Origin: a virus
Taxonomy: Duplodnaviria > Heunggongvirae > Uroviricota > Caudoviricetes
Direction: 5' to 3' (one strand)
DNA length: 4,668 bases
IMG/VR virus record: IMGVR_UViG_2548876867_000016
Coordinates: 1-4,668 of that record
In this document: positions 1-4,668 of the stretch, piece after piece
How positions within the stretch are numbered: position 1 is the stretch's first letter
How the letters are laid out: the number at the start of each line of letters is the position of its first letter
Position numbers and translations under genes: made by a program
The notes under the pieces: model-generated
Databases searched by the model: none
What the model saw: only the letters and a program-made list of their open reading frames with translations
What the model was told of the DNA's origin: nothing

Positions 1-267
1 ATGCGCAGAAAAGAATCAAACGTTAGCAGTTTGCCGGAACTCACCAATTTTGAGGTAAGCTATTCCCTAGTTACCAATGAAGTTTACTTGTCTGCATCCT
101 TCACTGATAACATGGCCTGTATACCAAACTGGCCCTTACAAGAATTTCCGGATCAACTAATATGCATTTCTCGAGCAAAAGCTATTGCCCTAATCGAAGA
201 GCTCCAGAAGACCATCGACTATATGGACGCAGGAATCGATCGACAATCAGGTAGCCTGCTCCAGTAG
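1..267 (+). CDS. Hypothetical small protein (88 aa), AT-rich; function unknown
   Basis: Open frame from ATG at 1-3 to TAG at 265-267. No recognisable motif. Lies in the AT-rich left block. The window starts exactly at this ATG, so it may be a true start or a window-edge coincidence. A second frame stays open from 255 to 440, so a frameshifted longer gene is possible. Confidence 0.4.
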   Translation: MRRKESNVSSLPELTNFEVSYSLVTNEVYLSASFTDNMACIPNWPLQEFPDQLICISRAKAIALIEELQKTIDYMDAGIDRQSGSLLQ

Positions 268-400
268 CTGGCGAGTTTTATACTCGTTCCCTGCAACAAT
301 GGGCTTTTGGTAAGGCACTCACAAATAAGGAATTCGTTAAGGCTTTTGTTCTGGAGACTCTGAAAGATACAAGGAATCAGTTGATGGCTGGTTTGATCAT

Positions 401-441
401 ACTAATTAATATATTGTCAGACTCACAATATATTAATTAGT
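401..441. promoter_or_regulatory. Near-perfect palindrome (17-bp arms, 7-bp spacer): candidate operator or protein-binding site upstream of the 281-aa ORF
   Basis: Seen directly: ACTAATTAATATATTGT (401-417) and ACAATATATTAATTAGT (425-441) are exact reverse complements around CAGACTC. It sits in the intergenic region between the 88-aa ORF and the 569 start. Function is inferred only. Confidence 0.3.
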
Positions 442-568
442 GGTAGAACATAAAACCGAGTTCTTGACTTTCAATAGCTATTATATGCGATCAACAACCT
501 TAACCACCTCCTTATATTTTATGAGATACTCAAACAATTTAAATTTATGAGCAAAGGAAAATAATAAA

Positions 569-1414
569 GTGAATAAAAATCCCTGGGATATTCCAGCATG
601 GCACGCTCTGGGCCGAGAAGCATCTTTAGTTACACAGCTCATTGGTTCTGGGGCAACAGCCATAGGTAAAGCCAATTATGCAGACAAAATAGGTGAATAT
701 TACACAGCATTTTTTGGGCTTTCTGTAGGTTTTGAGAGACTTGCTAAACTAATACTTGTTGCACACTATGCCATTGAACACAAAGGGAAAATGCCTGATG
801 AGAATATTGTAAGAAAATTTGGACATAAGCTCATTGAATTAACCAACGAGGTTGATAGTATTTCTAAAAAAATGCAACTATCTCTGAGATATTCACGTCC
901 TACACATAAAATTACCTACAAAATACTTGAATGTTTAGATTCCTTTGCTGATGCCCGACGGGGACGTTACGCAAATTTCTCCTCATTAAGCAACCCCAAT
1001 TTAACCAATAATGAACCTATTAATAAATGGTGGGGAGAAGTAGCCGAGAGTATCCTTGAAAAACATTATTATTATACAGTTGAACAAAGACGTGTTGAAG
1101 AAAATGCTAGGTTTATCAATGCCACTCTTTCACCGTATACAACGGTCATGTATATGAATGAAAGTACCAACATTATGCAAGACCTTATATCAGCATCCAT
1201 CCGTACTGGACAAAATACCATTGTTCAAAAGTGGGGAAGATTCTATTCTCTTAGCATCGCTCGTTGGCTTGCCACAGTATTAGCAGAACTGTCTGATATA
1301 GCTTCTCATAAATATGGAATAATTAGTTTTTATGGCCTTAGTGAACATTGTTGCAGTTATATAGTTGAAGATAGTTTTTTAAAAAACAGAAAAATATGGC
1401 CACTTCGCCAATAG
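569..1414 (+). CDS. Hypothetical protein (281 aa), AT-rich orphan gene; candidate accessory or defence cargo, function not recognisable from sequence
   Basis: Uninterrupted 846-nt frame. GTG start at 569 preceded by AAGGA (554-558); stop TAG at 1412-1414. Composition is clearly more AT-rich than the phage genes to the right. It converges on the invertase remnant, whose stop is 5 bp away. The predicted protein is hydrophilic with no obvious transmembrane stretch. Confidence 0.7.
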   Translation: MNKNPWDIPAWHALGREASLVTQLIGSGATAIGKANYADKIGEYYTAFFGLSVGFERLAKLILVAHYAIEHKGKMPDENIVRKFGHKLIELTNEVDSISKKMQLSLRYSRPTHKITYKILECLDSFADARRGRYANFSSLSNPNLTNNEPINKWWGEVAESILEKHYYYTVEQRRVEENARFINATLSPYTTVMYMNESTNIMQDLISASIRTGQNTIVQKWGRFYSLSIARWLATVLAELSDIASHKYGIISFYGLSEHCCSYIVEDSFLKNRKIWPLRQ

Positions 1415-1435
1415 TTAACTAGAAAATCTGCATAA

Positions 1436-1451
1436 GGGGGAGAAATCCCCC
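1436..1451. terminator. Short GC stem-loop (GGGGGA-GAAA-TCCCCC) at the junction of the convergent 281-aa ORF and the invertase remnant; possible terminator
   Basis: Seen directly: 6-bp stem with a 4-nt loop. It is 22 bp downstream of the + ORF stop. There is no clean T-run on the + strand; on the - strand it is followed by TTATGCAGATTTTCT. It lies inside the non-homologous tail of the invertase remnant frame. Weak call. Confidence 0.25.
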
Positions 1452-1624
1452 ACCTGTAATAACATAACTACTAAAATTAACACCTTGTTCGCACAACTCC
1501 TCCACCAGCACGACAAGATGCCGCACACTGCGCCCCAGCCGATCCAGCTTCCAGACAACCAGAGTGTCACCTGCCGATAATGTCCTGAGCAGTTTTTTCA
1601 GTCCCGGCCTTTCGGACTTTGTAC

Positions 1625-1712
1625 CGCTTATCTTGTCTTCAAAAATCAGCTCGCATCCTGCACAGTTCAGCGCATTACGTTGTAGATCTGTGTTCTGGTC
1701 ATTTGTTGACAC
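1625..1712. promoter_or_regulatory. Probable Fis-dependent recombinational enhancer within the 5' coding region of the invertase gene (approximate bounds)
   Basis: In Hin/Gin/Cin systems the enhancer lies inside the 5' end of the invertase gene. The minus-strand sequence here, GTGTCAACAAATGACCAGAACACAGATCTACAACGTAATGCGCTG, closely resembles the Hin enhancer-region sequence as I remember it (GTGTCAACAATTGACCAAAATATCGATTTACAGCGTAATGCGCTT). Exact Fis-site boundaries were not determined. Confidence 0.35.
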
Positions 1713-1787
1713 ACATACATAGCCAATAAGCATAGTGGATCCCTCTGACAAAAGCAGGAATGATGCCATTTGCTCGTTATTTCTGCA

Positions 1788-1813
1788 TTTTCATAAACGT
1801 TGGTTTGGGAGAA
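1788..1813. repeat. 26-bp invertase crossover site (hix/gix/pix-like), left boundary of the invertible segment
   Basis: Minus-strand reading is TTCTCCCAAACCAACGTTTATGAAAA; compare hixL TTCTTGAAAACCAAGGTTTTTGATAA as remembered. It is about 55 bp upstream of the invertase start. The inner half-site GGTTTGGGAGAA (1802-1813) is the exact reverse complement of the inner half-site of the right-hand site. Confidence 0.8.
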
Positions 1814-2161
1814 GCGGCGAAAAGGGATGTGGGTACAGGAGAAAATCAGATACCGGATATGTCAGCCTGGAAAAGAAATCCGAGTTCTAATCGCTGGAGA
1901 AAATTGCCTGATGGAACCATCATTCAAATGGGAATATCAGCATCAGGGCCATTAGGCTCACCTGTAAATATCACCCTGCCGATATCTTTCAGCAATACCA
2001 ATTATTGTGTTGTTGCATCGTACGATAATGCACGGTCAGGTGTGTCAACAATGGTTAGTTTTGCAGCATTACCTGTTTCACCATCGCAATTTTCCCTGAT
2101 GTCATCTGTGACTGAGCAAGGAATAAATCCTTTTGCTTACTGGATTGCTTTTGGAGATTGA
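1802..2161 (+). CDS. Alternative tail-fibre C-terminal cassette, promoterless and startless in this orientation; would be fused to the constant N-terminus after inversion
   Basis: The frame runs through the crossover site encoding GLGE, the same residues and frame as the expressed fibre gene at the other site. It continues AAKRDVGTGENQ...AYWIAFGD to TGA at 2159-2161, with no similarity to the currently expressed C-terminus. The ORF-track start at 1760 lies upstream of the site and is probably not used. Confidence 0.7.
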   Translation, partial: GLGEAAKRDVGTGENQIPDMSAWKRNPSSNRWRKLPDGTIIQMGISASGPLGSPVNITLPISFSNTNYCVVASYDNARSGVSTMVSFAALPVSPSQFSLMSSVTEQGINPFAYWIAFGD

Positions 2162-2164
2162 TAA

Positions 2165-2584
2165 ATGGACAGATACTTCTATTCACAAAAAGAAAATGGT
2201 TTTTTTACCGATTTAAATAAAGCACCTTCAGATGCTGTTGAGATAACCACGGATGAATGGCTGTCACTACTGGATGGTCAGGATAATGGCATGAAAATAG
2301 TCAGCAATCAGGAGGGATATCCGGTTTTGACAGAGCAACCACCTTTATCAAAAGAAAACCTTATTGCATTGGCAGAGTTGAAAAAAGGAAAACTTATTAA
2401 TGAAGCCAACGAGCACATGAACAGCAGGCAATGGCCTGGTAAAGCGGCTATTGGTCGTCTGAAAGGTGAGGAACTGGCGCAATATAATTTGTGGCTGGAT
2501 TATCTGGACGCACTGGAGCTGGTCGATACTTCCAGTGCGCCAGATATTGAATGGCCTACGCCTCCGGCAGTTCAGGCCAGATGA
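2165..2584 (+). CDS. Alternative tail-fibre assembly protein (Tfa/U-like, 139 aa), partner of the silent cassette
   Basis: ATG at 2165, 3 nt after the upstream stop. C-terminus ...LWLDYLDALELVDTSSAPDIEWPTPP parallels the C-terminus of the other assembly protein (...LDYIDAVTVTDTSTAPDIIWPELP). Position and size match the second assembly gene of Mu/P1/e14-type invertible segments. Confidence 0.8.
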   Translation: MDRYFYSQKENGFFTDLNKAPSDAVEITTDEWLSLLDGQDNGMKIVSNQEGYPVLTEQPPLSKENLIALAELKKGKLINEANEHMNSRQWPGKAAIGRLKGEELAQYNLWLDYLDALELVDTSSAPDIEWPTPPAVQAR

Positions 2585-3158
2585 TATCCGGCGCGGTGCT
2601 GGTATCTGTTACCGTCACCGCGTCAATGTAATCCAGCACGGCGTTAAGTCGGGTTGTTTCTGCCTGCGTCAACTTCCGTCCGGCCTGCAATTTCAGTTGA
2701 ATCAGACTAATGGAAGCCATTGCAGTATCAATCAGTGACTGACGCTGTGCTTCTGCCGCGTCTACTGCGGCGCTATGCTGTGCCTCGGTATCCGTCACCC
2801 ATTTCTCACCATCCCATTTATCGTATGGCGTTAACGGGGCGATAGTGGTTGTATTATCAGGGTAATCACCCGGAACTGTGATTTCTTTTGATTCTCCTGT
2901 TTCGGTGCTAAAGACGATTTCACCGCGATGGTCTGGCACATATTCCCATGAGTTAAAATCAGCAGATCGGCAGATTGCATAACCAGCTTTGTATGCGCCT
3001 GGGGCATCTAAACAGGAATATGCCGGAATGCCGACACCAATAGCAAGATATTCAGTTGAAGCTGAAATATATTCCCGACTCATGACATCAAAGTTATAAA
3101 CAGTAATTTCTCCTGCCATAGTGGCAATTAATTCACTGTTTAATTCTGCGTTATTCAT
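2556..3158 (-). CDS. Tail-fibre assembly protein (Tfa/U-like, 200 aa), expressed partner in the current orientation
   Basis: Its ATG (3158-3156) overlaps the fibre stop by one base (TAATG), suggesting translational coupling. Conserved assembly-protein C-terminal motif ...DTSTAPDIIWPELPEA. Its 3' end overlaps the convergent alternative assembly gene by 29 bp. Confidence 0.85.
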   Translation of the reverse strand: MNNAELNSELIATMAGEITVYNFDVMSREYISASTEYLAIGVGIPAYSCLDAPGAYKAGYAICRSADFNSWEYVPDHRGEIVFSTETGESKEITVPGDYPDNTTTIAPLTPYDKWDGEKWVTDTEAQHSAAVDAAEAQRQSLIDTAMASISLIQLKLQAGRKLTQAETTRLNAVLDYIDAVTVTDTSTAPDIIWPELPEA

Positions 3159-3988
3159 TATGCAGCCCTCACAATATAGTTAAAAGCGACATTTCGTGGG
3201 CGTGTTTCATTCGCACCTGCAGGTTTAGTCGTTGCCGCAACAACACCACCCTCTGTAATAGCCGGGTTGGGAATTGGGTAATTATCGAAGTCAATGGCCG
3301 GAGACAGGGGCGTGATTTGTTTTAAAATCGTGGTGCCTGTAAAACTTTCCAGAGTCTGGTCGTTAGTTCGTGAAGTCCAGATTCCCCAATAGTGGTTATG
3401 ACTGACAATCGCACCGTCCTGAAGCGTTAATAATCCCCTTCCGTTATCCACTCCACGTCCGTCATCCCAGCCACGAATAAACTCACCGCGTAAATCAGGC
3501 AATTTATTTGTCGGGTAAGCCTTTGCCAGTTCCGGGTATTCTTCAGCAGAAAAAGCCGCACCATTGCATTTCAGCCAGCCTGTCGGCGGAGTGGCGGAAG
3601 GCCACGGAACAGGCACACCAACAGGTAATGCAGAGCCTTCTCCCAAACCAAGGTTTTCGAGAGCTGTTTTCACCGTGCCATCCGATTTGATATCACCAAA
3701 CGGATTCTTGCGGCTCAGGTATTCAACAGCAAACCCCGATCCCAGCAATTCAACAAAACCGGGCAGATCACCATTATCAAGCACATCCCGTTGCGTTTTA
3801 TCACTTACAAACTGGGCCAGAGCTGCAGCAATAAAGCTGGCCTGCCGAATAACCTTATTGACTTGCGCACTGGATGCTTTCCCTGCTGTAAATCCGGATA
3901 TAAGCGCAGGCAACGCTTCCCATTCCTCCTGCGACATAACATTGGCATTTCGATCAGTTGCAAACGCTTTAAAGTCATTTTTCGCCAT
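3158..3988 (-). CDS. Tail-fibre protein: constant N-terminal part (outside the segment) fused at the crossover site to a variable C-terminal receptor-binding part with a tail-collar-like motif
   Basis: Start ATG at 3988-3986 overlaps the upstream gene stop by one base (TGATG), with GGGGAG about 10 nt upstream; an alternative in-frame ATG is at 4006. The crossover site at 3638-3663 lies in-frame and encodes ...ENLGLGEGS. The downstream part contains [24 protein letters not shown]...[11 protein letters not shown], which matches the phage tail-collar motif as I recall it. Stop TAA at 3160-3158. Confidence 0.85.
   Translation of the reverse strand: MAKNDFKAFATDRNANVMSQEEWEALPALISGFTAGKASSAQVNKVIRQASFIAAALAQFVSDKTQRDVLDNGDLPGFVELLGSGFAVEYLSRKNPFGDIKSDGTVKTALENLGLGEGSALPVGVPVPWPSATPPTGWLKCNGAAFSAEEYPELAKAYPTNKLPDLRGEFIRGWDDGRGVDNGRGLLTLQDGAIVSHNHYWGIWTSRTNDQTLESFTGTTILKQITPLSPAIDFDNYPIPNPAITEGGVVAATTKPAGANETRPRNVAFNYIVRAA
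3638..3663. repeat. 26-bp invertase crossover site (hix/gix/pix-like), right boundary of the invertible segment, inside the tail-fibre coding sequence
   Basis: Plus-strand TTCTCCCAAACCAAGGTTTTCGAGAG. The first 14 bp are identical to the minus-strand reading of the 1788-1813 site. Central AA dinucleotide at 3650-3651, as in hixL. Confidence 0.8.
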
Positions 3989-4668
3989 CAGAGTAATACT
4001 CCCCATGCCCCTACATCAAAACCACTGATGAATTCGTTATCCATGTCAAAACCAAAAAATTTAGAGCCTTCCGATGGAGTTTCCACCGAAGGTGTTTCAA
4101 TGCCCCCCGCCCATACCCCGGCGGCTTTTACTGTTAGATACCCCTGTTTAATTGCCGCAATTAACTCACGCGATACATCTGAAATATCAGTATCAGGAAA
4201 GACCCAGACCGATATCGTCATGTCCTGGTTATCGACTATCTGCATTCGCAGCCCGGATCCTGCTGTTGCCGCGTCAAGAATTGCCGGAAGCGAATCATTC
4301 CGTCCGTCCCAGTTATTAATCGCAATCTTCGCTTTAAGAATGACACGATAAGTTTCATCGCTGAGATACATGTATCCTGAATCAGGATCGTATGGTCCCT
4401 GCCATACCCCCTGATCATATCCAAGCCCGTCGGTATCCCAGCTGAAATAGACACCTGAGATAGGCTGGCTGACAACACGGCTACGTCCGATCCACAATCC
4501 AAGAATGTCAAGTTGCACACCAACCGCAGAGTCAATATCAAATGCAGTAATCAGCCCTCTGGTGGCAGCCGCAACATCAATAAGTGGCCGGGTCATCAGA
4601 TCAACATGCGCAAGAAATTTAGGTTTGGTGGCGTGGTAGTTCGTGATTAGTTCGGTGTATTTGCTCAT
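3988..4668 (-). CDS. Phage baseplate or tail structural protein (226 aa) immediately upstream of the tail-fibre gene (Mu gp48 / e14 YmfQ-like position)
   Basis: Uninterrupted 226-codon frame from ATG at 4668-4666 (the window edge) to TGA at 3990-3988, overlapping the fibre start by one base. Phage-like composition. The family assignment rests on gene order only; I do not recognise a specific motif. Confidence 0.7.
   Translation of the reverse strand: MSKYTELITNYHATKPKFLAHVDLMTRPLIDVAAATRGLITAFDIDSAVGVQLDILGLWIGRSRVVSQPISGVYFSWDTDGLGYDQGVWQGPYDPDSGYMYLSDETYRVILKAKIAINNWDGRNDSLPAILDAATAGSGLRMQIVDNQDMTISVWVFPDTDISDVSRELIAAIKQGYLTVKAAGVWAGGIETPSVETPSEGSKFFGFDMDNEFISGFDVGAWGVLL

Larger units (their letters stand above)
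1419..1733 (-). pseudogene. Serine DNA invertase (Gin/Hin/Pin/Cin family) remnant: catalytic domain only, active-site Arg replaced by Cys, C-terminal dimerisation helix and HTH domain missing
   Basis: Minus-strand translation from ATG (1733-1731) gives MLIGYVCVSTNDQNTDLQRNAL...GDTLVVWKLDRLGRS...GVNF, matching the invertase N-terminal catalytic domain as I recall it (Hin has ...GYIRVSTIDQNIDLQRNAL...). Codon 7 is TGT (1715-1713) where the family has the conserved Arg. Homology ends after about residue 98 (near 1470); the frame then reads SYVITGGGFLPLMQIF and stops at 1421-1419. Full-length invertases are about 185-190 aa. GAGGGA Shine-Dalgarno upstream of the ATG. The ORF-track start at 1769 is an upstream in-frame extension, not the homologous start. 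Confidence 0.85.
1801..3650. other. Invertible DNA segment (about 1.85 kb) of a Gin/Hin/Pin/Cin-type tail-fibre host-range switch
   Basis: Bounded by the inverted crossover sites at 1788-1813 and 3638-3663. It contains two divergent fibre C-terminal cassettes and two convergent tail-fibre assembly genes, the classic G-segment/P-region layout. Confidence 0.8.

Noticed and set aside
464-469. TTGACT as the -35 element of a sigma70 promoter for the 281-aa ORF
   Set aside because: No convincing -10 hexamer at 16-18 bp spacing; in AT-rich DNA many hexamer matches arise by chance, so no promoter is called.
644-673. P-loop-like GSGATAIGKA near the N-terminus of the 281-aa protein
   Set aside because: It fits G-x4-GK but is followed by Ala rather than Ser/Thr, and no Walker B partner was identified; too weak to call an NTPase.
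481-675. 64-aa ORF on the minus strand
   Set aside because: Overlaps the start region of the 281-aa + ORF, has no ribosome-binding context and is typical of antisense ORFs in AT-rich DNA.
1734-1769. Upstream extension of the invertase ORF (MASFLLLSEGST...) from ATG at 1769
   Set aside because: Homology to invertases begins at MLIGYV (ATG 1733-1731), which has its own Shine-Dalgarno; the extension is the ORF finder's longest-frame artefact.
1760-1801. ATG at 1760 as the start of the alternative fibre cassette
   Set aside because: It lies on the invertase side of the crossover site within the invertase upstream region; the cassette is better explained as a startless module expressed only after inversion.
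2466-2738. 90-aa ORF on the plus strand
   Set aside because: Out of frame with, and overlapping, the two assembly genes, whose frames are supported by conserved C-terminal motifs; likely spurious.
3508-4351. Three plus-strand ORFs (3508-3690, 3564-4028, 3791-4351)
   Set aside because: All are antisense to the tail-fibre and baseplate genes, which have family-level support and translational coupling; their Pro/Ser/Arg-rich translations are typical of antisense artefacts.
4236-4541. 101-aa ORF on the minus strand
   Set aside because: Nested out of frame inside the longer 226-aa baseplate ORF on the same strand; no independent support.
1-4668. CRISPR arrays, tRNA or rRNA genes, insertion-sequence terminal repeats
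   Set aside because: No regularly spaced direct repeats, no tRNA-like cloverleaf candidates and no transposase-like ORF were seen; the only repeats are the crossover sites and the palindromes already described.

Overview
This window looks like the distal end of an enterobacterial prophage tail module, joined on its left to an AT-rich block of apparently foreign DNA. Reading right to left on the minus strand: a baseplate/tail protein gene (3988-4668), a tail-fibre gene (3158-3988) and a tail-fibre assembly gene (2556-3158). The tail-fibre gene is interrupted by a 26-bp hix/gix-like crossover site at 3638-3663, and a matching inverted site lies at 1788-1813, so about 1.85 kb between them is a Gin/Hin/Pin/Cin-type invertible segment. 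That segment also carries a promoterless alternative fibre C-terminus (1802-2161, +) and an alternative assembly gene (2165-2584, +). Just outside the left site is the serine DNA-invertase gene (1419-1733, -), but it is a remnant: the conserved active-site Arg codon is TGT (Cys) and homology stops after about residue 98, where AT-rich DNA begins. That AT-rich block (about 1-1470) carries a 281-aa orphan ORF (569-1414, +), a possible 88-aa ORF (1-267, +) and a 17-bp-arm palindrome between them (401-441). The most interesting hypothesis is that the 281-aa gene is accessory (possibly anti-phage) cargo occupying a slot beside a dead invertase; this rests on context and composition, not on any motif I can recognise. 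All calls are from reading the sequence and remembered family knowledge; no database search was run.
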